From an uncultured Alphaproteobacteria bacterium (lineage in GTDB: Bacteria > Pseudomonadota > Alphaproteobacteria > HIMB59 > GCA-002718135): a stretch of DNA of 64,000 nucleotides. Position 1 is the stretch's first letter. Every line of letters begins with the position of its first letter. Positions 17,211 through 28,882 of this stretch are shown piece after piece. The position numbers and the translations under genes are program-made. The notes beneath the pieces were generated by a model. The model was given only the letters and a program-made list of their open reading frames with translations. It was not told the DNA's origin and did no database searches. The stretch covers positions 41,143 through 105,142 of the forward strand of contig CACHLW010000001.1 of assembly GCA_902580765.1 (NCBI GenBank), read 5' to 3'.

Positions 17211-18002
17211 TTAAAAATCTATTTTTTTATTATTTTCAGCTGCATGATTAATAATAAATTGCCATGCTGATCTGCCTGTCCTATTACCTCTTTGCAAACT
17301 CCATTTAATTGACTCCTTTTCAGTATTTTCATTAAAGGGAAGATTAAACTTTTCACAATATTTAAAAATTATTCTAACAAATTCATTTTGAGAAATATTA
17401 TGAAAACCAATCCATAAACCAAAACGATCACTTAAACTTATTTTTTCTTCAACACTTTCATCAGTATGAATTGCAGAGGATCTTTCATTTTCTATCATAT
17501 CCCTTGGCATTAAATGTCTTCTATTAGAAGTTACATAAAGAACAATATTTTTAGGTTGATTTTGTATACTGCCATCTAAAGTAGATTTAATTATTTTGTA
17601 ATCACTATCTATCTTTTCAAATGATAAATCATCAATAAAAATTATAAAATTATAATTCTTTAAATTTGCATACTTTTCATAAAAAATATTATTTTTATTT
17701 AATTGTATTAATTTTAAATTTTTATTTTTTCTATTTATTTCATAAAAAACTGATTTAATTAATGAACTTTTACCATTACCCCTTGATCCCCATAATAAGG
17801 CATTATTTGTAAAATTTCCTTCAGCAAAATTTTTTGTATTATCGTAAATAGTTTTCTTTTGTCTTTCTATTCCAATTAAAAGATCAAGATCTAAATAACT
17901 AAAATTAGAGATTATTTTAAGGTTTTTTATTTTGCTATCCCAAATAAATGCTTTTCCTCTTGAGAGTGTAAGATTTAATAAAAAATTGCTTAAAAACATC
18001 AT
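17211..18002 (-). CDS. DUF815-family P-loop ATPase
   Basis: 263 aa with a Walker A motif (WGSRGNGKSSLIK). The position upstream of yajC-secDF is typical for this family in alphaproteobacteria, as I recall it. Confidence 0.7.
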   Translation of the reverse strand: MMFLSNFLLNLTLSRGKAFIWDSKIKNLKIISNFSYLDLDLLIGIERQKKTIYDNTKNFAEGNFTNNALLWGSRGNGKSSLIKSVFYEINRKNKNLKLIQLNKNNIFYEKYANLKNYNFIIFIDDLSFEKIDSDYKIIKSTLDGSIQNQPKNIVLYVTSNRRHLMPRDMIENERSSAIHTDESVEEKISLSDRFGLWIGFHNISQNEFVRIIFKYCEKFNLPFNENTEKESIKWSLQRGNRTGRSAWQFIINHAAENNKKIDF

Positions 18003-18074
18003 AAATACTTTATTTGATTTTTCTTATTACACAGTATAATAAATCTCTCAAATTAAATCATCATAGGTACTATT

Positions 18075-18416
18075 ATGGAAGCATTTGGAACATTTTTACC
18101 CCTTATATTAATATTTGTAGTTTTTTATTTTTTATTAATTAGACCACAACAAAGAAAAGTTAAACAGCACAAAGAAATGCTATCCAATCTCAAAAGAGGT
18201 GATAAAATAGTAACTTCAGGCGGAATTATCGGAACTATAAATAAAGTAGCTGATAATAGAGAATTAACCTTAGAAGTTGCTGAAAATGTTGAAATAAAAA
18301 TTGCATCCGGAATGGTTGCAGATTTATATGCAATGCCAGAAGTTCAAAAAAAAGAACCACCAAAAGAAGAGAATAAAAGTAAATCTGGCTTCTCTTTATT
18401 TTCTAGAAAAAAATAA
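18075..18416 (+). CDS. yajC: Preprotein translocase subunit YajC
   Basis: 113 aa. A single N-terminal TM is followed by LIRPQQRK...L.GD.V.T.GGIIG. It lies upstream of secDF. Confidence 0.9.
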   Translation: MEAFGTFLPLILIFVVFYFLLIRPQQRKVKQHKEMLSNLKRGDKIVTSGGIIGTINKVADNRELTLEVAENVEIKIASGMVADLYAMPEVQKKEPPKEENKSKSGFSLFSRKK

Positions 18417-18428
18417 ATTTTTTTATTA

Positions 18429-19979
18429 ATGAAAAATTATCCCATCTGGAAATCATTTACAGTAGTATCATTAGTCTTATTAGGTATAATTTTTGCAATT
18501 CCTTCAATTATTTATGATGAAAGTTCAGAAAATTGGTTTTTAAAGAATAAGATTAATTTAGGTTTAGACTTACAAGGTGGATCATATTTATTATTAGAAG
18601 TTCAACTAGATGTTTTATATAAAGAAGAATTAGATAATTTTGTTGATAGTGTTCGTTTGATTTCTAGAGATCAAGCTGTAAAAATTGAAAAAATTGATAT
18701 TCTAGAAAATGAAGTTGTTGTTTTTTTTGGTAATAAAGAGAAGATAAAAGATATTAGAGATAGTTTTTTTCAAATGTACAGAGGAGTTACTTTACAAATT
18801 AATAACAATAAAATCAGTATAAAGTTAAATGATGAATATAGAAAAATTATTCAAGACTCAGCAATTAAACAATCACTTGAAATTGTTAGAAAAAGAATTG
18901 ATGAATCTGGAACCAAAGAACCTTTAATCCAAAGATCAGGTAAAAAGAGAATACTTTTACAATTACCAGGAGTAAAAGACCCTGAAAGAATAAAAGATTT
19001 ATTAGGTAAAACAGCCAAACTAACTTTTCACATCGTTGATAATGAGAATACATCTGCTCTTCAAAACAATCTAGCTCCTTTTGGAAAAATTATTGTTCCA
19101 GACATGTACGATGAAAATACAAAATATTTATTAGATAAAAGAGCAGTAGTAGGTGGAGAAAATTTAGTTGATGCCAAAGGTTCATTTGATCAAACAGAGG
19201 GTCATGCAGTGTCATTCCGTTTTGATACAGAAGGTGCTCAAAAATTTGGTAAAGTTACAACAAACAATATTGGTAAAAATCTCGCTGTTGTTTTGGATGG
19301 TGTTGTCATTACGGCTCCAAGAATTAGCAGTGCTATTACAGGAGGCTCAGGGATTATAACTGGAAATTTTAATGCCCAGGAAGCATCTGATTTAGCTGTT
19401 TTATTAAGAGCTGGTGCCTTGCCAGCGCCTTTAGAAATAGTTGAAGAAAGATCAGTAGGGGCTGGTTTAGGAGCAGACTCTATAGCTGCTGGTCAAATAG
19501 CTGCTGTTATTGGTATGGTTTTAGTATGTATATTTATGATACTAATATATGGAACTTTTGGCGCTCTAGCTAATGTTTCGTTAATAGTAAATTTGTTTAT
19601 AATAATTTCATTATTAGGAACAATTGGTGCAACATTGACATTGCCTGGTATAGCTGGAATAGTATTAACAATTGGAATGGCAGTGGACGCCAATGTTCTA
19701 ATTTTTGAAAGAATTAAAGAAGAGAGTTTAAAACAAACAAAAGTTTTTCAGATTGTAAAAAATGGCTTCGATAGAGCTATGTCAACTATACTTGATGCCA
19801 ATATTACTACTTTAATTGCTGCTGTTTTATTATTTGCATTTGGTTCTGGTCCAATTAGAGGTTTTTCAATTACACTGTCTCTGGGTGTGATAGCATCTAT
19901 GTTTACCGCTTTAATGCTTACAAATTTTTTAGTGTATATGTACTTATCATTTGCAAATAAAAAGGAATTAAAATTATAA
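18429..19979 (+). CDS. secD: Protein translocase subunit SecD
   Basis: 516 aa. LGLDLQGGSYLLLEV, a large periplasmic domain, and a C-terminal 6-TM block with GIAGIVLTIGMAVDANVLIFERIKEE. Confidence 0.95.
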   Translation: MKNYPIWKSFTVVSLVLLGIIFAIPSIIYDESSENWFLKNKINLGLDLQGGSYLLLEVQLDVLYKEELDNFVDSVRLISRDQAVKIEKIDILENEVVVFFGNKEKIKDIRDSFFQMYRGVTLQINNNKISIKLNDEYRKIIQDSAIKQSLEIVRKRIDESGTKEPLIQRSGKKRILLQLPGVKDPERIKDLLGKTAKLTFHIVDNENTSALQNNLAPFGKIIVPDMYDENTKYLLDKRAVVGGENLVDAKGSFDQTEGHAVSFRFDTEGAQKFGKVTTNNIGKNLAVVLDGVVITAPRISSAITGGSGIITGNFNAQEASDLAVLLRAGALPAPLEIVEERSVGAGLGADSIAAGQIAAVIGMVLVCIFMILIYGTFGALANVSLIVNLFIIISLLGTIGATLTLPGIAGIVLTIGMAVDANVLIFERIKEESLKQTKVFQIVKNGFDRAMSTILDANITTLIAAVLLFAFGSGPIRGFSITLSLGVIASMFTALMLTNFLVYMYLSFANKKELKL

Positions 19980-20878
19980 TGTTTGGTTTAAATAAAATTA
20001 TTCCCGTTGAGCCTAATATTAATTTTTTAGGTTTAAGAAGAAATTTTTTAATTTTTTCTATTTTAGCCATATTAATCTCAATAGGCTTATTAAGTATAAA
20101 GGGTTTAAATCTTGGAATTGATTTTAAAGGAGGTACTTTAATTGAAGTCAGTACAAAAAATACTTCAATTGGTGAGCTAAGAGAAATTTTATCTTCTTCT
20201 TATAGTGATGTATCTTTACAGGAATTTGGTAATGAGAATATTATTTTAATAAGACTTCAAAATAAAAGTAATCAAGAAAGTATTGAAACAGTTAATTCTG
20301 TCAAAAATTTAATTCAAGACAAGGTTGTTGAGTTTAGAAGGTCTGAATTTGTTGGTCCTACAATTAGTTCTGAACTTCTGTTTAGAGGATTTCAAGCTGT
20401 TTCTTTTGCACTAATTGCTATTTTAATTTACATTTGGCTGCGTTTTGAATGGCAATTTGGTTTCGGCGCAGTTGTTGCATTAACTCATGATGTATTGTTT
20501 ACTCTTGGATTGCTATCTATTCTTAATGTAGAATTTTCTCTTGCAACAATAGCAGCAATACTTACAATTGCTGGATATTCTATTAACGATACAGTAGTAA
20601 TATTTGATAGAGTTCGTGAAAATTTAAGAAAATATAAAAAACTCGAATTAGTAGATTTATTTAACTTATCAGTTAATAACACTTTATCGAGAACTATAAT
20701 GACAAGTTTAACAACGCTTCTTGCATTAGTTTCTTTATTTATATTTGGAGGAGAGGTTATTAGACCTTTCGCTTTAACAATGATTATAGGTGTAATAATT
20801 GGTACTTATTCATCTGTTTTTATTGCGGTCCCAACTTTATTAATTTTTAAGTTCAGACCGCAAGATGAAGATGATTAA
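19979..20878 (+). CDS. secF: Protein translocase subunit SecF
   Basis: 299 aa. LGIDFKGGT and GYSINDTVVIFDRVREN. The start overlaps the secD stop (TAATG). Confidence 0.95.
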   Translation: MFGLNKIIPVEPNINFLGLRRNFLIFSILAILISIGLLSIKGLNLGIDFKGGTLIEVSTKNTSIGELREILSSSYSDVSLQEFGNENIILIRLQNKSNQESIETVNSVKNLIQDKVVEFRRSEFVGPTISSELLFRGFQAVSFALIAILIYIWLRFEWQFGFGAVVALTHDVLFTLGLLSILNVEFSLATIAAILTIAGYSINDTVVIFDRVRENLRKYKKLELVDLFNLSVNNTLSRTIMTSLTTLLALVSLFIFGGEVIRPFALTMIIGVIIGTYSSVFIAVPTLLIFKFRPQDEDD

Positions 20879-21471
20879 GAGTTATTTAAGTTTTCTGTAA
20901 CTTTTTCCCAATTAACTAAATTATCGATAAAAGCTTTTAAATAATCAGGTCTTCTATTTCTATAATCAACATAATATGAGTGTTCCCAAACATCACATCC
21001 AAGTAGAGGAGTTTGACCATGTACGATTGGGTTTTCTCCATTTGGTGTTTTAGTAATTTCTAATTTTCCATTATTTAGAACTAACCAACACCAACCTGAT
21101 CCAAATTGACCAATGCCTGCATTTATAAAATCTTCTTTCATTTTTTCAACTGAACCAATATCTGAAACTATCTTATTTTCGAGCTCAGAGGGAATTTTTC
21201 CATCTGGATTATTTTTCATTACTTCCCAAAAATGAACATGATTTATATGTTGTGCCACATTATTAAATACAGGAGCATTTTTTTGATAAGAGTTGATAAC
21301 TATATCATTAACGTTATCGTCTGCTATATTTTGTTCTTTAATAAACTTATTTCCATTAGTAATGTAAGCCATGTGATGCTTATCATGATGCAACTCTAAA
21401 GTTTCAGCCGACATATACGGCATTAGAGCATCTTTACTGTAGGGTAGATCTGGTAACTCTAGATTTATCAT
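20875..21471 (-). CDS. sodB: Fe/Mn-family superoxide dismutase (Fe-type likely)
   Basis: 198 aa. LPDLPY, LELHHDKHH, QFGSGWCWLV, DVWEHSYYVDY. Confidence 0.9.
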   Translation of the reverse strand: MINLELPDLPYSKDALMPYMSAETLELHHDKHHMAYITNGNKFIKEQNIADDNVNDIVINSYQKNAPVFNNVAQHINHVHFWEVMKNNPDGKIPSELENKIVSDIGSVEKMKEDFINAGIGQFGSGWCWLVLNNGKLEITKTPNGENPIVHGQTPLLGCDVWEHSYYVDYRNRRPDYLKAFIDNLVNWEKVTENLNNS

Positions 21472-21486
21472 TTTATTTCCTTTGAT

Positions 21487-24291
21487 TTACAAAATTTTCT
21501 TTAAAAATTCACCTGTAAAGCTTTTTTTATTATTTGCAATATCTTCGGGGGTACCAGTTCCAACAATTTGACCACCATTTACACCTCCTAGAGGACCCAG
21601 ATCAATTATATGATCTGCTGTTTTAATAACATCAAGATTATGCTCAATAACGATTACAGTATTACCTTCATCGACAAGAGTATGAAGAATTTTAAGTAAT
21701 TTTTTTACATCATCAAAATGAAGACCGGTAGTTGGTTCATCAAGAATATATAGTGTTTTTCCTGTTGATCTTTTTGATAATTCTTTTGATAATTTTATTC
21801 TTTGCGCTTCACCACCTGATAAAGTAGTAGCTGATTGACCAATTTTTATATAATCTAATCCTACATCCATTAAAGTTTGTAATTTTTGTTTTATTGCAGG
21901 AATTTTATCAAAAAATTTATAACCTTCTTCAACAGTCATTTCTAAAACATCAGAAATAGATTTATCCTTATATTTTACTTCTAAAGTCTCCCTATTGTAC
22001 CTTTTACCTTTACAGATATCGCACTCAACATAAACGTCAGCTAAAAAATGCATTTCTATTTTTTTCACCCCATCACCTTCACATGATTCACATCTACCGC
22101 CTTTAACATTAAATGAAAAACGACCTGGTTTATAGCCTCTAGCACTTGATTCATTTAAATTCGCAAACCAATCTCTTATCGGAGTAAAACATCCTGTATA
22201 TGTTGCTGGGTTTGATCTTGGTGTTCTTCCAATAGGTGATTGATCAATATCAATTACTTTATCAATATGATTAATACCTTTAAAATTAAAACGACTTTCA
22301 TCTTTATTTAAAGATTTATTGAAATACTCATCTAACCTTTGATACAATGTATCAATAATTAATGAAGATTTACCACTTCCAGATACACCTGTAACAGTAA
22401 TAAAATTTCCTAAAGGTAAAGTTATATTAAGATTATCTAAGTTGTTTGTTTTTATTTTATTAAGCTTAAAAACTTTATTTTTATTAAATTTTCTTCTATT
22501 TTTTGGAACTTCTATTTCTAAGGATTTATTCAAATATTTTGCTGTCAAACTTTTATTATTTTTAAGTATTTTTTTAAGTCCTCCCTCTGCAATTATGTGC
22601 CCTCCATTAACTCCTGCTTTAACACCAATGTCAATTATATGATCAGATTGTCTTATTGCATCCTCATCATGTTCAACAACAATTACAGTATTTCCTAAAT
22701 CTCTTAATCTAAATAAAGTTTCAATTAGTTGCTGATTATCTTTTTGATGTAATCCAATAGATGGTTCATCCAAAACATATAAGACTCCTGTTAAACCTGA
22801 GCCAATTTGACTTGCCAATCTAATTCTTTGACTTTCACCTCCAGACAAAGTTTTACTAGCTCTTGCTAATGATAAATAATCTAAACCAACTCTATTTAAA
22901 AAAACTAATCTATCTTTTATTTCTTTAATAACTCCTTCAGCAATTTTTTTATTATTTTTATCAAGTTTACTTTCAAGTGATGAAAACCAGTTTAAACATT
23001 CGCTAATTGATTTTTTAGTGATATTTCCAATATGATTTTCATCAATTCTTACGGCTAAAGCTTTATCGTTAAGCCGGAAACCATTGCAAACTTCACAGTC
23101 TCTTTCAGATAAATATTTTTCTAATTCATACTGAAGCCACCATCTCTCAGTTTCCTCATATTTTCTATCAATAAAGTTAATTATTCCCTCAAAATCATAT
23201 AAAAAATTTAGTTCACTATTCTCATCTCCATAAAGAATTATATTTTTTACTTTTTTTGGAATTTCACTCCATGGAACATTTTTCTTAACTTTGAATTGTT
23301 TTAAAATTCTATCTATTGTTTCAACAAAATATTTTTTTTGATAACCAAATACTTTTGTTTCCCATGGTTTAATAGCTCCATCAGTAATTGATCTAGTCTC
23401 ATCTGGCACAATCTTGTTTTCGTCAAAATATTTTTCAACTCCTAACCCATCACACTCAGAACATGCACCCTGTGGTGCATTAAAACTAAATAATCTAGGT
23501 TCAATCTCTTCAATACTAAATCCAGACACAGGACATGCAAATTTTGATGAAAATATCGATATTTTATTCGTATCTAGATTTTCTAAATATAACAAACCAT
23601 CTGATAAAGTTAACGCAACTTCTATACTTTCACTCAGTCTTTGTTGGATATTTTTTTTTACAACAAGTCGATCAATTACAACATCAATATTATGTTTAAA
23701 ATTCTTTTTAAGTGAAGGCACTTCTTCAATATCATAGACAACATTATCTACTTTAAGTCGTTGATAACCTCTTTTTTTTAAATCTTCGATTTCTTTTCGA
23801 TATTCACCTTTTCGATCTCTAACTATTGGGGATAAAATATAAATTCTTTTATCAATATTATTTTTAATTATAAGATCAGTCATTTCACTAACAGATTGCG
23901 ATTTAATTGGTTTACCTGTTGCTGGAGAGTAGGGAACGCCAACTCTAGCATATAGCACTCTTAGGTAATCATAGATTTCTGTGACTGTACCTACGGTACT
24001 TCTTGGATTTTTTTGTGTAGTTTTTTGTTCTATAGAAATAGCTGGAGATAGACCATCAATACTATCTACATCAGGCTTATTCATCATTTGAAGAAATTGT
24101 CTTGCATATGCTGATAGACTCTCAACATATTTTCTTTGTCCTTCAGAATAAATTGTATCAAATGCTAAAGTTGATTTTCCTGAGCCACTTACACCTGTAA
24201 TTACAACAAGTTTATTTTTTGGTATTTCTAAGTTGATATTTTTAAGATTGTGCTCTCTTGCACCTTTTATAACAATTTTATCTAAATTCAT
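21487..24291 (-). CDS. uvrA: Excinuclease ABC subunit A
   Basis: 934 aa. [10 protein letters not shown], two ABC modules ([12 protein letters not shown] / [10 protein letters not shown]; LSGGE.QR), and zinc-finger Cys clusters. Confidence 0.97.
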   Translation of the reverse strand: MNLDKIVIKGAREHNLKNINLEIPKNKLVVITGVSGSGKSTLAFDTIYSEGQRKYVESLSAYARQFLQMMNKPDVDSIDGLSPAISIEQKTTQKNPRSTVGTVTEIYDYLRVLYARVGVPYSPATGKPIKSQSVSEMTDLIIKNNIDKRIYILSPIVRDRKGEYRKEIEDLKKRGYQRLKVDNVVYDIEEVPSLKKNFKHNIDVVIDRLVVKKNIQQRLSESIEVALTLSDGLLYLENLDTNKISIFSSKFACPVSGFSIEEIEPRLFSFNAPQGACSECDGLGVEKYFDENKIVPDETRSITDGAIKPWETKVFGYQKKYFVETIDRILKQFKVKKNVPWSEIPKKVKNIILYGDENSELNFLYDFEGIINFIDRKYEETERWWLQYELEKYLSERDCEVCNGFRLNDKALAVRIDENHIGNITKKSISECLNWFSSLESKLDKNNKKIAEGVIKEIKDRLVFLNRVGLDYLSLARASKTLSGGESQRIRLASQIGSGLTGVLYVLDEPSIGLHQKDNQQLIETLFRLRDLGNTVIVVEHDEDAIRQSDHIIDIGVKAGVNGGHIIAEGGLKKILKNNKSLTAKYLNKSLEIEVPKNRRKFNKNKVFKLNKIKTNNLDNLNITLPLGNFITVTGVSGSGKSSLIIDTLYQRLDEYFNKSLNKDESRFNFKGINHIDKVIDIDQSPIGRTPRSNPATYTGCFTPIRDWFANLNESSARGYKPGRFSFNVKGGRCESCEGDGVKKIEMHFLADVYVECDICKGKRYNRETLEVKYKDKSISDVLEMTVEEGYKFFDKIPAIKQKLQTLMDVGLDYIKIGQSATTLSGGEAQRIKLSKELSKRSTGKTLYILDEPTTGLHFDDVKKLLKILHTLVDEGNTVIVIEHNLDVIKTADHIIDLGPLGGVNGGQIVGTGTPEDIANNKKSFTGEFLKKIL

Positions 24292-24348
24292 GAATATTAG
24301 TGTTATCTAATAACTTTAATATGTTATATGGATATATATAGAATTCTT

Positions 24349-24822
24349 ATGGTTGGTAGTGTTAATAAAACAATTTTATTAGGAAACTTAGGAAGAGATC
24401 CTGAAATTAGGTCTATGCAGTCTGGAGCTAAAATGGCTTCATTTTCAATTGCAACTTCAAAAAGATGGAAAGATAGAAATACTCAAGAACAAAAAGAAAA
24501 AACATCTTGGCATAACATTGTTGTTTTTGGAGACGGCTTAGTTGATATAGTAGAAAAATACGTGAAAAAAGGATCTAAAATTTACGTTGAAGGAGAGCTT
24601 CAAACAAGGAAATGGCAAGATAAAGATGGAAATGATAGATACACCACAGAGGTCATTTTACAGGGATATAATTGTAATTTAACCCTCTTAGACAGTAGAA
24701 ATAGTAATTCTCAGGTATCTGATAATTCTCAAGAAATGGATCAATCTAAGCCTATTGAGGAAAATTCTTTTGGAAATCAATCAGGTGATTCTGAAGATTT
24801 AGATGAAGATATCCCTTTTTAA
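24349..24822 (+). CDS. ssb: Single-stranded DNA-binding protein
   Basis: MVGSVNKTILLGNLGRDPE..., an OB fold, and an acidic C-terminal tip DEDIPF. I moved the start from 24328 to ATG 24349 by comparison with the canonical SSB N-terminus. Confidence 0.9.
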   Translation: MVGSVNKTILLGNLGRDPEIRSMQSGAKMASFSIATSKRWKDRNTQEQKEKTSWHNIVVFGDGLVDIVEKYVKKGSKIYVEGELQTRKWQDKDGNDRYTTEVILQGYNCNLTLLDSRNSNSQVSDNSQEMDQSKPIEENSFGNQSGDSEDLDEDIPF

Positions 24823-24965
24823 ATATTTTTTGTTAGATATTATTATTTAATTACTGAAAAATATAGTTTTTTTAATATAACTTAACCATTTATTTATATT
24901 GGTTTAAATTGTGCTTTTTGATATAAAAAACTCTTATTTTTTCTTAGAAAACTTGGATTTTTTTA

Positions 24966-27644
24966 GTGCCTGACGATATAGATACATCAAATAACGACAA
25001 TCAAAAACCTACTAATATACCTTCAGTAAGTTTAGAGCAAGAAATGCAAAAATCCTACCTGGATTATGCAATGTCTGTAATAGTTAGTAGGGCACTTCCA
25101 GACTGTAGAGATGGTTTAAAGCCAGTTCATAGAAGAATATTGTACTCTATGAGTGAATCAGGGTACAATTTTAACAAACCATACAAAAAATCTGCAAGAA
25201 TAGTGGGTGATGTAATGGGTAAATATCATCCACACGGAGACTCAGCTATTTACAATTCTATGGTTAGAATGGCACAAGATTTTTCTATGCGATTAGAGTT
25301 AGTTGATGGTCAAGGGAATTTTGGATCTTTAGATGGCGATCCTCCTGCAGCAATGAGATATACTGAAGCAAGACTTGCTAAAGTATCCGAAAAGCTTGTT
25401 GAAGATATTGATAAAAACACTGTAGCGTTTCAGTCTAATTATGATGATACAACAAAAGAACCCTCAGTTTTGCCATCCCAATTTCCAAATCTTTTAGTTA
25501 ATGGAGCATCAGGAATAGCTGTTGGAATGGCAACTAATATTGCCCCACATAACTTAGGAGAAGTTATAAACGCATCTTTATATCTTATTAAAAATCCAGA
25601 ATGTAATATCTCAGACCTTCAAAAATATATTTTTGGTCCTGACTTTCCTACAGGAGGTCAAATAATTGGTAAAAAGGGCATAACAGATGCATTTGAAACT
25701 GGAAGAGGAGGGTGTGTAGTTAGGTCCAAAACTAGTATTGAAAATTTTAAAAAGGATCGTGAAGCAATCATTCTTCATGAAATACCTTATCAGGTTAATA
25801 AATCAAAATTATTAGAAAGGATTGCGGAAATTGTAAAAAATGGAATTGTTGAAGGAATTTCAGATTTAAGAGATGAGTCAGATAGAAACGGTGTTAGGGT
25901 TGTTATAGAATTAAAAAAAGATGTAGACTCAAACATTATTCTCAATCAATTATATAAACATACGTTAATTCAAACGACATTTAATTCTAATATGCTTGCT
26001 TTAAATAAAGGGAAGCCAGAACAAATGAATTTAAAAGAAATTTTATCTTCATTTTTAGATTTTAGAGAAGAAGTAATAATAAAAAGAACATTATTTGACC
26101 TTAATAAAGCTAGAGAAAAAGCTCATATTTTAGTTGGATTGGTTGTTACTAATGAACATATTGATGAAATTATAGAATTAATAAAAAGTTCAAAAGATAC
26201 AAAAGAAGCAAAAGAAAAATTAATTAAAAAGAAATGGAAAGTATATAAACAAAATCTTAATTTTATTAAATCAGTTGAGGATGATACTGTAGAGCTAAAA
26301 AACAACACTTTCAATTTTTCTGAAGCACAGGCTAAAGCTATTTTAGAATTAAGATTACAAAAATTAACTGCTTTAGAAAGAGAAGATATACAAAAAGATT
26401 TAGAAAGTTTAATTTTAGAAATTAAAAATTACCTATCTATACTTAATTCTAGGGAAATTCTTCTTAAGGAAATAGAAAATGAATTAGCTGAAATTAAAAA
26501 AGAATTTGCAACTGAAAGACGTAGTGAAATTATTGATCAAGAATATGAGCAAGTAGATGATTTAAGATATATTCAACAAGAAAATATAGTTTTAACTATT
26601 TCTAATAATGGATACATTAAAAGATCACTATTATCTAATTATCGTTCTCAAAATAGAGGAGGTAAAGGTAAAACTGGCATGTCAACAAGGGAAGAAGATT
26701 TTGTTAAAGAAATTCACTTTGCAAATACTCATACTAAACTTTTAGTTTTTTCTTCATTAGGAAAGGTTTATTCTCTAAAATCTCATGATGTTCCTGAAGC
26801 TAGTTTAAAGGCAAGAGGAAAGCCTATAGTAAATTTATTGCCATTTAAAAATTCTGAAAAAATATCAACTTTTCTACCATTACCTCTAGATGAAAATCAG
26901 TGGGAAAAATTTTATGTTATTTTTACAACTAAAAATGGAATGGTTAGAAAAAATAAATTAATTGATGTTGCTAAGAGTGGAAAAAGAGAATTGAGGGACT
27001 CAGGCAAAGTATCTATCAGGCTTGATGAAAAAGATGAATTAATTGGTGTTAAGCTTTGTACTGTAGATGATGATATTTTACTCTCTTCATCAAATGGAAA
27101 ATGTTTACGTTTTCCAGTTGAAAAATTAAGATTATTTTCTGGTTTAAATTCTTCAGGCGTAAGGGGTATAAAATTAGATAAGGGCAATACAATCATTTCT
27201 TTAGCAATTTTAAAACATTCAGTGATTGATATGAGCATTCGTCAAGAATACTTAAGAGCAGCATCCGAAAGTAGAAAAGAAACTTCATCACTCAAAAATG
27301 GATTTGAAGAATTAAATAATAATGAGGAATTTCTTTTAGCTATTACATCAAAGGGTTTTGGAAAAAGATCATCCGCTTATGAATATAGAATTTCAAATAG
27401 AGGAGGGAAAGGTATAACTGGTATAATTACATCAGAAAAAAATGGTGTAGTTGTTGATTGTTTTGTTGTTAAGGACAACGATGAAATTATTCTTGTTAGT
27501 GATAAGGGTCAAATAATTAGAGTTAATGTAAACCAAATTAGAATAGCTGGAAGATCAACAAAAGGTGTAAGTATTTTTAAGATTCCAGAAAGTGATAGAA
27601 TTGTTTCTGTTTCTAGAATACAAGAATTCGAAAATGATGAATAA
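24966..27644 (+). CDS. gyrA: DNA gyrase subunit A
   Basis: 892 aa with a GTG start. [22 protein letters not shown] (QRDR region), [10 protein letters not shown], and a C-terminal beta-pinwheel with a GyrA-box-like QNRGGKG. Confidence 0.97.
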   Translation: MPDDIDTSNNDNQKPTNIPSVSLEQEMQKSYLDYAMSVIVSRALPDCRDGLKPVHRRILYSMSESGYNFNKPYKKSARIVGDVMGKYHPHGDSAIYNSMVRMAQDFSMRLELVDGQGNFGSLDGDPPAAMRYTEARLAKVSEKLVEDIDKNTVAFQSNYDDTTKEPSVLPSQFPNLLVNGASGIAVGMATNIAPHNLGEVINASLYLIKNPECNISDLQKYIFGPDFPTGGQIIGKKGITDAFETGRGGCVVRSKTSIENFKKDREAIILHEIPYQVNKSKLLERIAEIVKNGIVEGISDLRDESDRNGVRVVIELKKDVDSNIILNQLYKHTLIQTTFNSNMLALNKGKPEQMNLKEILSSFLDFREEVIIKRTLFDLNKAREKAHILVGLVVTNEHIDEIIELIKSSKDTKEAKEKLIKKKWKVYKQNLNFIKSVEDDTVELKNNTFNFSEAQAKAILELRLQKLTALEREDIQKDLESLILEIKNYLSILNSREILLKEIENELAEIKKEFATERRSEIIDQEYEQVDDLRYIQQENIVLTISNNGYIKRSLLSNYRSQNRGGKGKTGMSTREEDFVKEIHFANTHTKLLVFSSLGKVYSLKSHDVPEASLKARGKPIVNLLPFKNSEKISTFLPLPLDENQWEKFYVIFTTKNGMVRKNKLIDVAKSGKRELRDSGKVSIRLDEKDELIGVKLCTVDDDILLSSSNGKCLRFPVEKLRLFSGLNSSGVRGIKLDKGNTIISLAILKHSVIDMSIRQEYLRAASESRKETSSLKNGFEELNNNEEFLLAITSKGFGKRSSAYEYRISNRGGKGITGIITSEKNGVVVDCFVVKDNDEIILVSDKGQIIRVNVNQIRIAGRSTKGVSIFKIPESDRIVSVSRIQEFENDE

Positions 27645-28128
27645 AATTGGAATATATCCGGGTACTTTTGATCCTATGACTGCAGGTCATATGGATATAA
27701 TTAAAAGATCATTAAGAATAGTAGATAATTTAGTAATAGCTGTCGCTAACAATATTAACAAAGATTCATTGTTTAGTGTTCAAGAAAGAATTAGTATTAT
27801 TAAAAGTGATATCACCTCTCTAAATGAATTAAATTCAAAAATTAATGTTACTGAATTATCAGGATTACTTACAACTTTTGCTAAAGATCAAAATGCCACA
27901 TGTATAATACGTGGTTTAAGAGCAGTATCTGATTTTGAGTATGAATTTCAAATGACAGGCATGAACTACCAACTTAACCCTGATATCGAGACAATATTTC
28001 TTATGACTTCCGAAAAAAACTCATTCATTTCATCTAATTTTGTAAAAGAAGTCCATAAACTAGGTGGAGATGTTTCAAATTTTGTTTCTAAAAATACTTT
28101 AGAGCAGCTTAATAAAAAAAACTCTTAG
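27634..28128 (+). CDS. coaD: Pantetheine-phosphate adenylyltransferase
   Basis: [23 protein letters not shown] (T/HxGH motif). The start is trimmed to ATG 27634, which overlaps the gyrA stop. Confidence 0.9.
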   Translation: MMNKIGIYPGTFDPMTAGHMDIIKRSLRIVDNLVIAVANNINKDSLFSVQERISIIKSDITSLNELNSKINVTELSGLLTTFAKDQNATCIIRGLRAVSDFEYEFQMTGMNYQLNPDIETIFLMTSEKNSFISSNFVKEVHKLGGDVSNFVSKNTLEQLNKKNS

Positions 28129-28178
28129 TTAATCACTTGCGCTTACAATATTTGAACTATATAGAATACAAATTCGAT

Positions 28179-28254
<76 letters not shown>

Positions 28255-28260
28255 TCCAAA

Positions 28261-28443
28261 ATGAAAAAAGCAAAAATCAAAAATATTGCATCAGGTGTTG
28301 AGAAAAATTGTGATATTTTAAGAAAAAATGAAAACATTCTTGAAGTAGTTCTTGAAGGCACAACAATAAAGATATTGCTTAAAAAAAAGACTAATAAATA
28401 TATCGGATACTTTAAAGAAATGGAATTTGAGTCTGATGGTTAA
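28261..28443 (+). CDS. Hypothetical 60-aa protein
   Basis: An ORF only, starting 6 nt after the tRNA-Lys. It is lysine-rich and I recognised no family. Confidence 0.3.
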   Translation: MKKAKIKNIASGVEKNCDILRKNENILEVVLEGTTIKILLKKKTNKYIGYFKEMEFESDG

Positions 28444-28877
28444 TTTTTATTCCTAATATTTAATTCGTTTTCATAATCAATTTGTACTTGTTTTAAAATT
28501 TCTTTCTTTGTTTTTACTTTACCTTTACCTACACCAGGGCAATTTTTAGCAATATCGTTATTCCAAGTTTTTGTATTCATATTTTCAGGCCAAAAAGGCC
28601 AAGTTCTACATTGTATAGGTCTTGATTTATAAACAGTACATTTGTTATCTTTCAAAAATATGCAATTTCCATTATTTTTTTTTAGTTCCTTTAAGTGAAT
28701 GAAACCATCAGTTTTTTGACAATAGTTTTTTACAAAGTTTTGTTCTGTTATTTTAAATCCATCTGACAATTTTTTAATATCTTTCTTACTTAAATAAACA
28801 AAACCATAGGTACCTCTTGATACACAACAATTTCCAGAACCCTGGCATTCAAATCTAATACCTTTTTCTATATCCAT
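28440..28877 (-). CDS. YkgJ-family cysteine-cluster (zinc/iron-chelating, CxxCxxCC-type) protein
   Basis: 145 aa. The N-terminal FECQGSGNCC cluster and further Cys residues (NGNC, KC, QC, NC) are typical of the UPF0153/YkgJ family. Confidence 0.65.
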   Translation of the reverse strand: MDIEKGIRFECQGSGNCCVSRGTYGFVYLSKKDIKKLSDGFKITEQNFVKNYCQKTDGFIHLKELKKNNGNCIFLKDNKCTVYKSRPIQCRTWPFWPENMNTKTWNNDIAKNCPGVGKGKVKTKKEILKQVQIDYENELNIRNKN

Positions 28878-28882
28878 AACTA

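Noticed and set aside
24292-24348. A possible LexA/SOS operator in the classic divergent uvrA-ssb spacer.
   Set aside because: I found no alphaproteobacterial-type GAAC-N7-GAAC/GTTC-N7-GTTC direct repeat or CTGT-N8-ACAG palindrome by eye in the 57-nt spacer.
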